In this document: piece after piece, positions 8,210-16,926 of the stretch | Layout of the letters: every line of letters begins with the position of its first letter | Position numbering within the stretch: the first letter of the stretch is position 1 | DNA from: a virus | Lineage: Duplodnaviria > Heunggongvirae > Uroviricota > Caudoviricetes | Direction: 5' to 3' (one strand) | DNA length: 48,863 nt | Virus record (IMG/VR): IMGVR_UViG_3300043009_000101 | Made by a program: the position numbers and the translations under genes | Notes under the pieces: generated by a model | The model's input: the letters and a program-made list of their open reading frames with translations, nothing else | Databases searched by the model: none | What the model was told of the DNA's origin: nothing

Positions 8210-8764
8210 TCAGGCTTGAAACTGGGTGCTTTCTTGATGTTTATTTTTGATAATACGATATAAATCTAATGTTGTATAGCAATCATCTAATGCTCTATGC
8301 ACTCGTGAATCTCCTAGATGATACTTCTCAGCTAAATTATCCAATGAAGTTTTCGGTTCTTTCAAATATTTTTGTGCAAGCATTTGTGTATCTATATATG
8401 TATTCTGTATTGGCTCTTCAAATGTTCTTCCTAATAGAAACAAATCATGACGAATATCAAAACCCATAATTGGCAAATCACCCACCTTAAACTTCATAAT
8501 TTTCTTTAAATCAGTTATAGGCAGGAATTCATCCATATCATCATTTACGATATGCCTGAACTTCCACTGGCGGCGAGGGTCTATTCCTTTATGATAAATC
8601 ATAGAGGAATACTTATCTACAATCTTGTCATCTTTTACATGCAAGAGTGCAAACTCTGTAATCAACCTTTCGTTTGGTCTTTCCACAAATGTATTGTGTT
8701 CAGTATCTATTACAACATATTCTTTGGGGAACTCTTCCTCGGAAGTGTGCAGATGCTCTCGCAT
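8210..8764 (-). CDS. DEDDh 3'-5' exonuclease (DNA polymerase III epsilon-like)
   Basis: ExoI VIDTE, ExoII-like GFDIRHD, IDTQMLA, ExoIII HRALDDC. Confidence 0.85.
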   Translation of the reverse strand: MREHLHTSEEEFPKEYVVIDTEHNTFVERPNERLITEFALLHVKDDKIVDKYSSMIYHKGIDPRRQWKFRHIVNDDMDEFLPITDLKKIMKFKVGDLPIMGFDIRHDLFLLGRTFEEPIQNTYIDTQMLAQKYLKEPKTSLDNLAEKYHLGDSRVHRALDDCYTTLDLYRIIKNKHQESTQFQA

Positions 8765-8769
8765 GTATT

Positions 8770-9426
8770 CTACAAGTTGTATCCGCCGTTCCTTCTTGGA
8801 TAGTTCCCCTGATAAAAATTTGAGTGATACCCTTTATTTGTATTTGTATTTATATTCGTATCCTTATATTTGCAATAATTGTGAAAAGAATCTTCACGAA
8901 CTAATTTTAAATCATACATACCAGCAAGTTTCAAAATCTGGGAAACCCATGCTTTATTTTGCTCTGTAATTTTAGTAGGCAGAATTGCATATTGAATTCC
9001 TCGTTTAAATCGGAATTTTGAAACCATATCCAGTGAAGCCACATCAGCGGTTAATGTAGCATACCCTAATTCATAATCTACACAATCGGACATAAGAACT
9101 TGACAAGAAATAGATTTGTCAAAGCAAGATGTGTGGTTGCAAATCCAACCTGGTTCAAATGTTTCGTCAAGATTTTCACTAATAAATTCTTCGATAGGCT
9201 GATATGGAATGTCATATTTAGCAGATTTATGAGAAATATATTGTAAACGGCTTCGAGTTTTTTCGTCTAATCGTACTGCACTTGGTCGTACACATAAAAT
9301 ACTTTTTACTTCTGGCTGAATTACGGTTACAGGAATTGCTCCAAGTTGTTCAAGTTTGTTAGATACCCAGTTGTTTAACTCTGGATGTGCAGAAATGTAA
9401 TAAGTGTTGCCTTTGTAGTTTGTCAT
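8770..9426 (-). CDS. Hypothetical protein
   Basis: 218-aa ORF, GGAG RBS, tightly coupled to the exonuclease gene. Confidence 0.75.
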   Translation of the reverse strand: MTNYKGNTYYISAHPELNNWVSNKLEQLGAIPVTVIQPEVKSILCVRPSAVRLDEKTRSRLQYISHKSAKYDIPYQPIEEFISENLDETFEPGWICNHTSCFDKSISCQVLMSDCVDYELGYATLTADVASLDMVSKFRFKRGIQYAILPTKITEQNKAWVSQILKLAGMYDLKLVREDSFHNYCKYKDTNINTNTNKGYHSNFYQGNYPRRNGGYNL

Positions 9427-9663
9427 TTTCCATGCTCCTTTTACTAATTTTACTACATTAAATATATTAAAAGAAAAAATTAAATCATCAAGGTCTGTCT
9501 TATTTGTTACCTTGTGCTATTATATTACACCAATATTTCAACAAAGTAAAGCATAAATTTGCAAAAATTTTAAAAGTTATAATATTTACAAGATAGTTCG
9601 CAAAGATATAAATGTATACTGTTGAAAATTAGCTGCTTGTATCTTATCAAAGATAGACTAACA

Positions 9664-9700
9664 AACCAAGAGCAGATTAGCTAGTAATCTGCTCTTGGTT
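9664..9700. terminator. Intrinsic terminator
   Basis: 16-bp perfect inverted repeat AACCAAGAGCAGATTA / TAATCTGCTCTTGGTT just past the stop of 9711..10457. Confidence 0.75.
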
Positions 9701-9710
9701 TTTAATAGGA

Positions 9711-10457
9711 TTAACGGTTGTCTGCTAAGCGGTAATATCCTAAGATAACTTGCCCGTCTTGTGCTTCTAATGTGCTTACAACAGTTTGAGAACCGTACCA
9801 GCCACCATGTACTGCTTCACCGTTGCCGATATATACAGAAACATGATGTGTGTACACTGCGATATCGCCAGGAAGTAATTCATCTGCTGAAATGGGTGTA
9901 GCTTCCTGACTTAACCACCATGAACCAGCTTTATCATAATACCCGATAGATTCCAATGCTTTATTTACTAATTGAGTACAAGTATGTGTGTTGCCTACTT
10001 CATTGAGTGCAGCTTGTACGACAAGCTGTAAGTAATCCAATGTTTTATAAGTACAAGCACCCGTTTCGTCTACTTCATAATAATAGCCGTCTGCATTGAA
10101 AGATGTATCTTCGGCTAAACCATCTTCCGTAAAATATTTGTCATCCACCCAGCCAGTATACAAATAGCCATTTTCATCAAAATAATAACTGGTGTTGTCT
10201 ATTTCTTGTCTGCCAGTAGCAAAACCGTATTTAGAGAAAAACATTTTGTGTCCGTCTACGGTCTGCCAGCCTGTTTGCAATTCATTGTCTTTATAATATA
10301 AGCCATCTACATAGCCATTTAATACAACTTCTGGCTCGGAACTAGGTTCTTCTGTTAATTCCTCTGTTGCATCTGCTTCGACTGTTGCAGATTGGTTAGG
10401 TGCAATACCAAAAACAGATGAAAAGGAAAGTAATAAACTTAATAAAAAACTAACCAT
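9711..10457 (-). CDS. Secreted NlpC/P60-type cell-wall peptidase with cell-wall-binding repeats
   Basis: Signal peptide; TGWQTVDG / YYFDENGYLYTGW repeats; C-terminal CTQLV...PGDIAVYTHHVSVYIGNG with Cys and His. Confidence 0.8.
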   Translation of the reverse strand: MVSFLLSLLLSFSSVFGIAPNQSATVEADATEELTEEPSSEPEVVLNGYVDGLYYKDNELQTGWQTVDGHKMFFSKYGFATGRQEIDNTSYYFDENGYLYTGWVDDKYFTEDGLAEDTSFNADGYYYEVDETGACTYKTLDYLQLVVQAALNEVGNTHTCTQLVNKALESIGYYDKAGSWWLSQEATPISADELLPGDIAVYTHHVSVYIGNGEAVHGGWYGSQTVVSTLEAQDGQVILGYYRLADNR

Positions 10458-10522
10458 TCCCTCGGAAAACCTCCTTGTTTAATTGTTACAAGGGAATGGT
10501 ATCATAAAAGCAAGAAAAAGAC

Positions 10523-10555
10523 AAAAAACGGGGCAGTTAGCTATGCTAACTGCCC
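10523..10555 (-). terminator. Intrinsic terminator
   Basis: GGGCAGTTAGC/GCTAACTGCCC stem plus a T-tract on the minus strand after 10575. Confidence 0.75.
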
Positions 10556-10574
10556 TAGTCCTCAAAGGAGAACC

Positions 10575-10832
10575 TTATTTAATAGCAGATTTCATGGCTT
10601 CCAGAACTGCAAGCTTGTCGGCCTCTGCACCTGCCTCAGCAAGCTTACCTTCAGCTTGGAATTTAGCTTCCCAGCCACGAATGATACCAATTCTGTCGTC
10701 CAGACGGTCTTTAATGGTCTGTCCATATTTTTTGTCATCATCGCATGGGTTAGCTTCAAATTCTGCAACTACTGCTTGTCCGTACTTGCTGTTACCAGCG
10801 GCTTCTTTCAAAACGTTAATTAAGTTTGTCAT
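10575..10832 (-). CDS. Small Ala/Lys-rich helical hypothetical protein (start uncertain, 10832 or 10919)
   Basis: Protein-like from MTNLINV; followed by a terminator. Confidence 0.65.
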   Translation of the reverse strand: MTNLINVLKEAAGNSKYGQAVVAEFEANPCDDDKKYGQTIKDRLDDRIGIIRGWEAKFQAEGKLAEAGAEADKLAVLEAMKSAIK

Positions 10833-11163
10833 ATGTTTTACTGTCAGCCTAGTATATTCTTTGCTGAGGCATCCGCTTTCCGTGGGGCTGACTTTTCTCC
10901 TTTGTTTTTTTAAAACCATACACGAAAAGTTTAAGTATTGGGTAAGAGGAAGATTTGGGGAACCTCTTATCTTTTACACTGTCAATATACACCTTAGCTT
11001 GAAAAGGTGGTATTGATTTGCCCAAAGAAAACAGTTAGTATTGACTAACTGTAAAGAGCATACCCGAAGTAATGGTTTTAGTGCAAAACAGTAAGAAATT
11101 CGGTAAAATAAAAGGTGGGAAATATAAGAAAGAAAGAAAGTTTCTTTAAGAGGAATAGATTGA

Positions 11164-11601
11164 ATGTTTGGCATAGATATTATGCAAATTGTTTTTCCAT
11201 GTGCTATTGTTTTAAGTTTTGTATATTGCTTGATGCAATTTGCTTACCATTTTGTGTTGTATGCTCTGCCTGGGCTTTGGCTTGGTTTCGTGTTGAAGTT
11301 AGAAACTTGGCAAGAAAAAGTACGGTATGGCGGTGGTTTGGCTCTGCTTCTTGTGGCTGGATATGTCTTGGTGCGATTTGTTTTGTTTAGAAATTGCGAT
11401 ATGTCATTTTATCACTTGATACAGACAAATCTGCCTACATGGACAAAAGGCTATCAATATGTGCTAACGGTTGTGTTGGCAATTCCGTCTATGTACAAGG
11501 CATTTGATAAAATTGGTTGGAAAGCTTTGTTGTGGCAATATGGTGTTGCTGCGGTGAGCTTTGTTGTGGCAAACTTTGGTTTTATGCTCTATTATGCTTA
11601 G
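11164..11601 (+). CDS. Multi-pass membrane protein
   Basis: Several hydrophobic segments; GAGGA RBS before a TTG start. Confidence 0.7.
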   Translation: MFGIDIMQIVFPCAIVLSFVYCLMQFAYHFVLYALPGLWLGFVLKLETWQEKVRYGGGLALLLVAGYVLVRFVLFRNCDMSFYHLIQTNLPTWTKGYQYVLTVVLAIPSMYKAFDKIGWKALLWQYGVAAVSFVVANFGFMLYYA

Positions 11602-11646
11602 CATAAAAATGCTAGGTAAAGAAAAAGGCTGAATAAAGAAAATACT

Positions 11647-11698
11647 AGGCAAATTAAAAGGCACGGCTCGGAACGAGGTTGTGCCTTTTAATTTGCCT
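11647..11698. terminator. Bidirectional terminator between convergent genes
   Basis: 18-bp perfect arms AGGCAAATTAAAAGGCAC / GTGCCTTTTAATTTGCCT. Confidence 0.75.
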
Positions 11699-12171
11699 TA
11701 AGCAATATTCCACTGCTGAGATTTTAAATCTGGTTTGATTTTCTTTTCTAAAATCTGTGGGTCATTCAGATAATAGCTAATCTGGTCTGCTAAGTTTCCG
11801 TACAGTTCTTGATTTCCGTACATAGAATACATATCTTGTTGTAATCGTGGCAGAATAGGACTTGCATCTCGTTTAAATGGTGCTCGCTGCTGTTTTGTGT
11901 ATTCTTCAATCATTACTTGGTTTGTCTGCAAACCGAACATAGTAAGAGCTGGTTTAAGGAAAACATAGTCCTGAATAATTTCATCATACCCAAGATATTG
12001 CAACGGGAAGTATTGGTGAACTTGCCCTTTTCCTAATTTTTCTTCTACACGATGTAAATTATCGTGAACCCAGCTATTATGTACAGCAGATAAAGTTGCA
12101 ATTAGAAAATCTGCGGGATTTCCGCCATGGAATTTACGGAGTGCTTTTCCGAATTCTTCATCATTATGTAC
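11698..12171 (-). pseudogene. 3' part of a hypothetical gene interrupted by IS607-like element 1
   Basis: The frame of the 11698..12003 ORF is open up to the IS junction (GTA CAT AAT GAT... = VHNDEEFG...) and joins the 5' part at 14785 in frame. Confidence 0.8.
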
Positions 12172-12335
12172 AGTAGCAGTTTATGCAGAAAAATAAGAAC
12201 CGAAGCTCTTACCCTTCTACACGGGTACCTACGTTGACCATAACTAATAACAGTTATGTCTAACATTGCTTATAGAAATCCTCTGGCTCCTAAAAAGTTA
12301 TTAGATACCGTTATTAGTTATTTGTTAATATGTAA
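12172..12335 (-). ncRNA. Putative omega-RNA scaffold of element 1
   Basis: Between the tnpB stop and the right end: 11-bp stem 12241-12251/12310-12320, TACCC/GGGTA hairpin, terminal AAGAGC-TTCG-GTTCTT hairpin; sequence blocks conserved with element 2. Confidence 0.6.
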
Positions 12336-13994
12336 TTACAAACTATTTTCACTAGTTTGCTTTTTTGTAGTTTCATTCTTTTTCATATATTCTGATACAT
12401 CATATTGTCTAAACATTGCTCTATAAGCAATAACTAATGCAGCAGCTTGATGTTTACTGATTTTTTTCTTTTTAGCATACATTTTTTCTCCAATTTGTGT
12501 TGTATAAGCAGGTGATACAATAAATAGCTTTACATTTTGCTTAGAACATTTAGATTCAAAAGCAGCTCTATATCTTCTAGTAGCAAAATTATGTAATATT
12601 CTATTCATAGCAGATGTGTTGGTTTTATTTTGCTTCTTGGTAGTAAAGTCTAAGTCTTCTATTGAAATACCGTAATTCAGCTTTTTAGCTTCTTCTACTA
12701 TGGTATTAATAGCTTGCATAAGTGTTTTGGTATTTGTATATGAATTTTCTTCTGTTGTGAATACAATATCTTCATTTCTTATGCAACTTCTTTTTTTGTT
12801 TACATAAGAAGTGCTTAGAAAACCATTATTCATATCCACACCTATCATGCCATCTAGACCAGTTTTTCTAAAATAGCCTTGATTTACAATATCGTATTGT
12901 TTATTCACAATAGCAGCTTTTTTTGAACCTAGTTCTTTAAATTCTTTTGAATTAGGTGCAATTGTGCAGTTTCTTTGCATTGTTACATCTAAATACCAAG
13001 ATTTATTCTTTAAACTCTTTTTAAACTTGTAAAGAATAGCTTGATTATTGTTTTGTAATAATGTATTCAACTCTTCGTTGCAGTAAGGAATTTTAATAAC
13101 GATATACCTTGTATTGACACTATCATTTTGAAAGATAGATAAACATTTCATAATATAGTGATTGTTACTAGGCTTATCTGGATTCACAGGGTATAGCTTA
13201 ATCAGACGATTACCCTGTTCTTCATTTAAAGAACCCATTAGTGTAATGCATCTGTTTCTTTTTAAACGCCAAGCTTCTAACCATTTTACTTTTCTATTCA
13301 CATATCTATCCTCGTATTGAGCTTTAAATAGCTTATGTGTTCCAAAGCAATAATTTGTGATAACTTTTGTTTTTAAGATTTCTTCCATCGTTTTTTTACA
13401 ATGTGTTAGTCTTATTATAGCCTGTCGTTTTCTGTATATTCTTGTCTTGTAATTATCATTCAACTTACAAGCATCTTTTGGTGGTTTATACCAAGTAGAA
13501 ATGGCACTGTGAAAGCTAATTCTTTCCTGTTCTAATTTTTGAATTTCACTATTTAAAGAATCAATTTTCTTTTCTGTATTCTTTAAATAGGTTTCTGTTA
13601 ATTCAAGTTGAGCATCTATTATTTGTTGAGCTACAGTAATGGCATCATAAGCAACATTTGCTTTAATACCTAATTTCTTAGCTAATTCACCCCGATACTT
13701 ATCCTTTTTGACAGTTTTATTTTTACTAAGTTTAACAAATGCCATACGGACAGCTTTATTAAATACTTCACTTGCTTTGTCTAGATAAGGACACATACTT
13801 TCGTAACCTTTAAAAGTATTTAAAGATTCCAGTATATCTTCTAAATTTGTATTTTTTGAGACATTGAAAGGAACATCCGTTATTTTATTAGCATTAACAG
13901 CTAATCTATCAAATCTACCAGAAGTTGTAAATGTAATATCTTTCATATAAGTTTCAATAGCACCACACCATGGTATAGCATAAGTATTTGACAT
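12336..13994 (-). CDS. tnpB: Large TnpB-related RuvC protein (552 aa), no zinc finger
   Basis: RuvC-I GVDMN, RuvC-II IEDLDF, VSPAYTT, RuvC-III-like HQAAALVIA; lies downstream of IS607 tnpA. Confidence 0.8.
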   Translation of the reverse strand: MSNTYAIPWCGAIETYMKDITFTTSGRFDRLAVNANKITDVPFNVSKNTNLEDILESLNTFKGYESMCPYLDKASEVFNKAVRMAFVKLSKNKTVKKDKYRGELAKKLGIKANVAYDAITVAQQIIDAQLELTETYLKNTEKKIDSLNSEIQKLEQERISFHSAISTWYKPPKDACKLNDNYKTRIYRKRQAIIRLTHCKKTMEEILKTKVITNYCFGTHKLFKAQYEDRYVNRKVKWLEAWRLKRNRCITLMGSLNEEQGNRLIKLYPVNPDKPSNNHYIMKCLSIFQNDSVNTRYIVIKIPYCNEELNTLLQNNNQAILYKFKKSLKNKSWYLDVTMQRNCTIAPNSKEFKELGSKKAAIVNKQYDIVNQGYFRKTGLDGMIGVDMNNGFLSTSYVNKKRSCIRNEDIVFTTEENSYTNTKTLMQAINTIVEEAKKLNYGISIEDLDFTTKKQNKTNTSAMNRILHNFATRRYRAAFESKCSKQNVKLFIVSPAYTTQIGEKMYAKKKKISKHQAAALVIAYRAMFRQYDVSEYMKKNETTKKQTSENSL

Positions 13995-14015
13995 TTACGA
14001 ACCTCCTTTCAAATA

Positions 14016-14669
14016 CTATTCTATAAATACCTCATCAATTTTGTCTTTAAGCTTCTTAGTATCTTGTCTTCGTAAACTGTATAATTTACCAGAAAAGGAA
14101 GCTATTAAAGACATCATATCTTCTACAAGTTCTTCTTGATTTGTTTTTGCAAAATCATCTTTTACTAAAATGATTTTAACATGGAAAACATTGAAATATC
14201 TAACAAGGTAATCAAAACCAAATCTTGTTAATCTATCCTTGTATGTAATAAATACACGATTAACTTCATTGTTTTCTATCATCTTGAATAATTTCAGTAA
14301 ATTCTTTCTATTTTGATTTAAGCCAGAACCGACATCTTTTAAAATAACTGGTGAATAAAGATTGTATTCTGCTGTATTCTCTAAAATATAGAGTACTTGC
14401 CTATCTAAATCTCCTGTGTTTTTCTGCTTTTGAGAGGAAACTCTAGCATAGATTACATCCTTTTTTAAGGAAGAATCTTGGTAAAGACCTCGTTCTTTAC
14501 CAACTCTTATTATCTCAGCTTTTGGTATGTAATGGCGATTATCAATAGTTACTGAATCTATTTTACCATTATGAGTCCAATTATAAAGAGTTCTTGGTTC
14601 TATACTTAAAAGTCTTTTTACATCCGCTGGTTTGTAAAACTCTTTATCTAAATCCGAATCGCTAAACAT
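14016..14669 (-). CDS. tnpA: IS607-family transposase (wHTH + serine recombinase)
   Basis: N-terminal MerR-like HTH, YARVSS, DVGSGLN, YKDRLTRFG, ELVEDMMSLIASFSGKLY. Confidence 0.92.
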   Translation of the reverse strand: MFSDSDLDKEFYKPADVKRLLSIEPRTLYNWTHNGKIDSVTIDNRHYIPKAEIIRVGKERGLYQDSSLKKDVIYARVSSQKQKNTGDLDRQVLYILENTAEYNLYSPVILKDVGSGLNQNRKNLLKLFKMIENNEVNRVFITYKDRLTRFGFDYLVRYFNVFHVKIILVKDDFAKTNQEELVEDMMSLIASFSGKLYSLRRQDTKKLKDKIDEVFIE

Positions 14670-14693
14670 ACTAACACCTCTCTTTATGTATAT

Positions 14694-14723
14694 AGTATAA
14701 CACTTTTCCTTATTTTATGTCAA
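14694..14723 (-). promoter_or_regulatory. SigmaA promoter in the left end of element 1
   Basis: TTGACA-18 nt-TATACT with TG extension, upstream of the tnpA RBS. Confidence 0.7.
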
Positions 14724-14784
14724 CACTTGGTTAGAAAATATTGAATATTTTCTTGCTTTTTCATAAAAACTGGTTGCTGCTGTC

Positions 14785-15057
14785 TACACCATTTGGGTAT
14801 TTTGTTACTGGTTTCCCTACGGCATAATTATAGATTGAATCGTAATAGTTTAATAAATTCTGATTACCAATAATCTGCACATATGCTTTCATACCGTTTG
14901 CAAAAGAGTTATGTGCATGAGTTTTGGCTTCTACTTCATCATATGTATGATTTAAAAGGAAAGTTGTAGCTTCTTCTGGGCTAAATCCTTTTCTCATTGT
15001 TAAAGCACGATATGCGGAGCGATAATATGGCCGCATAATTCTTTCTTCGTTATTCAT
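14785..15057 (-). pseudogene. 5' part of the gene interrupted by element 1
   Basis: GAGGTG RBS before ATG 15057; reads ...KYPNGV up to the GTA core. The track's DSSNQFL tail is IS left-end sequence. Confidence 0.8.
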
Positions 15058-15111
15058 TTTTAGAATCACCTCAATGTATATACAAAATTTAGGCGGCGGT
15101 TAAAAAATGAT

Positions 15112-15139
15112 AAAAAGAAAAGGCACTCTACGGTGCCTT
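15112..15139 (-). terminator. Intrinsic terminator
   Basis: AAGGCAC/GTGCCTT stem plus T-tract after 15161..15535. Confidence 0.7.
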
Positions 15140-15160
15140 GGTAATACTGGTGGTTTACCC

Positions 15161-15535
15161 TTATTTTTTAGTTACTTTAATACCTTTACGCATACGAGTA
15201 AAGAGAGGTTTGCGGTCTAAAGTAGTAACTTTAACACTAACTTTTCCTTTACGGATTTCTTCAGTCAGAGCTTTAGTTCCACGTTTGTAACCAGCTTTTG
15301 GTGTAAATGTGAATTCATGTACATCAATGTTACGGTCACGAGCCGTCATAGTAATTACATGGTCAACAGTGTTGATTTCATCAAGAATCAGGCCATCAAT
15401 CATAGAGTTGATACCTACAACTTTTACATCATCTTCACCATTAACTACTTCAATAAATCCGTCATAAACACGGAATTCAGGCACTACATCAGAACCTTCT
15501 TCTTTTACGCCTAATAAAGTTTTTAAAGCTTCCAT
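15161..15535 (-). CDS. Hypothetical protein with acidic N-half and very basic C-terminus (possible nucleic-acid binder)
   Basis: 124 aa, Lys/Arg-rich tail, frequent CGT/ACT/GCT codons. Confidence 0.75.
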   Translation of the reverse strand: MEALKTLLGVKEEGSDVVPEFRVYDGFIEVVNGEDDVKVVGINSMIDGLILDEINTVDHVITMTARDRNIDVHEFTFTPKAGYKRGTKALTEEIRKGKVSVKVTTLDRKPLFTRMRKGIKVTKK

Positions 15536-15546
15536 TTAATATATTT

Positions 15547-15686
15547 GTTCCACGATAAACCCCCGTATACTTGTGGAACTTCCTCACTTTCTTAACTTTC
15601 TCAAAATTGTGGAGTATACGGTTCGGAGAAAACTATTCTTGTGTCATTTGACATGACCGTTTTCTCAAAGGTCAATTACACAAGAA
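15547..15686 (-). other. Structured non-coding leader with two interleaved helix pairs
   Basis: Perfect complements 15547-53/15573-79, 15563-71/15613-21, 15626-33/15659-66, 15636-44/15678-86 and 15654-58/15670-74. Confidence 0.5.
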
Positions 15687-15875
15687 ATAAGTGTTTTCCA
15701 TTTTCTTTTTTGCAAACCTATTTTTTTGTGCATTAGAAATGGTTTTACAATATATGTCTTGTTTTATATCTTGATTTTAGCACTAAATGCGGTTTTAACC
15801 AAAAATTCAAGGCATTAGTTAGCCATAAATTTAGTAAAATATACTTAACATATTGATTAGTGCAATACAATATGT

Positions 15876-16853
15876 CTAGTTCATGGCATCAGATAAGAAA
15901 CTCAGACGATAATACCCGTAGAATGAATCTGAATCAGTATCCACTTTCTGGGTGCCTGTTCCGTCAGAAGCAACCATTGTTCCATTTCCAAGATAAATGC
16001 CCGCACTGATTTTTGAACCGTCTGAATCTTTCAATGTAACAATATCACCAGGCATTGGGTCTGTGGTGTAATCACCAACAACTTTACTATCTGTTATATC
16101 TACATCATAATCAGCAAAAACTTCTTTAATAAAGTCTTTTTCTAAATCTGCTTTCTTTGTAGCAGTAGCTGCAACTTGCAAGCCTAAATCCGTAGCTTTG
16201 TAAGTAATTGTACCTGAATCATCTGTCTCAAAATAGATACTTCCGATTTTCTGACTTCCTACAAACAATGTTCCGTCACTGTTGTAATATTTATCACCTA
16301 ACATACCGCTGTACAATGTACCGTCTGCTTGGAAATAGTAGGAAGCATTGTTAATCGTCTGTGAACCTGTAACCATTTTGCCATTTGAATCAAAATACCG
16401 TTTTTCTGGTGTTTCTTGCCAGCCTGTCTGCATTATACCATTTTCATCAAAATAGTATGTTGCATCATCAATCTTTTTTAAGCCAGTTTGAATTACACCA
16501 TCAACAACATAGTATAAATCATCATTGAAAGTATGCCAGCCAGTCGAAGCTCTACCCTCTTCTGTAAACAAAATCAGTGAACCCGTCAACTGCTGAATAC
16601 CCGATTGCTCTTTTCCGTCCTCACCGAAGTACCTCTCTTCTGGTGTGTACTGGATGCCTGTGAGCATTTTACCATCGTCATCAAAATAGTAAGTAGCACC
16701 ATCTATTTCTTGCAAACCTGTAAGCAATTCGTTACTGCTTACATAATAAGTGTTGCTGTTAATAGTTTGCCAACCATCTGTTGTTGTCATGGTGGCGTAG
16801 GTTGTTGGGAGAAGTGAAGCTACTACAAAATTAACGACCCAAACAATAAACAC
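15876..16853 (-). CDS. Secreted cell-wall-binding repeat protein with a degenerate NlpC/P60-like C-terminus
   Basis: Many TGLQEIDG/YYFDENG repeats; PGDIVTL...GIYLGNG scaffold lacking the catalytic Cys/His. Confidence 0.8.
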   Translation of the reverse strand: MFIVWVVNFVVASLLPTTYATMTTTDGWQTINSNTYYVSSNELLTGLQEIDGATYYFDDDGKMLTGIQYTPEERYFGEDGKEQSGIQQLTGSLILFTEEGRASTGWHTFNDDLYYVVDGVIQTGLKKIDDATYYFDENGIMQTGWQETPEKRYFDSNGKMVTGSQTINNASYYFQADGTLYSGMLGDKYYNSDGTLFVGSQKIGSIYFETDDSGTITYKATDLGLQVAATATKKADLEKDFIKEVFADYDVDITDSKVVGDYTTDPMPGDIVTLKDSDGSKISAGIYLGNGTMVASDGTGTQKVDTDSDSFYGYYRLSFLSDAMN

Positions 16854-16926
16854 GAAACCCTCTCCTTCCTTTCGTTCACCTTAATCTTAACATATTAACC
16901 GTAAAACTAAGTGAAAACGAAAGGTT

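Larger units (their letters stand above)
12169..14787 (-). mobile_element. IS607-family element 1 (tnpA serine recombinase + tnpB-like), bounded by GTA cores
   Basis: Left end GTA|GAC..CAGCAACCAGTTTT and right end GGTTCTTATTTTTCTGCATAAACTGCTACT|GTA, both similar in element 2. Removing 2616 bp restores an intact reading frame. Confidence 0.85.

Noticed and set aside
12169-14787. IStron (group I intron + IS607) explaining the in-gene insertion
   Set aside because: The left end is only about 115 bp, too short for a group I core, and no register of the (T)GTA core gives both a 5'-exon U and a terminal G.
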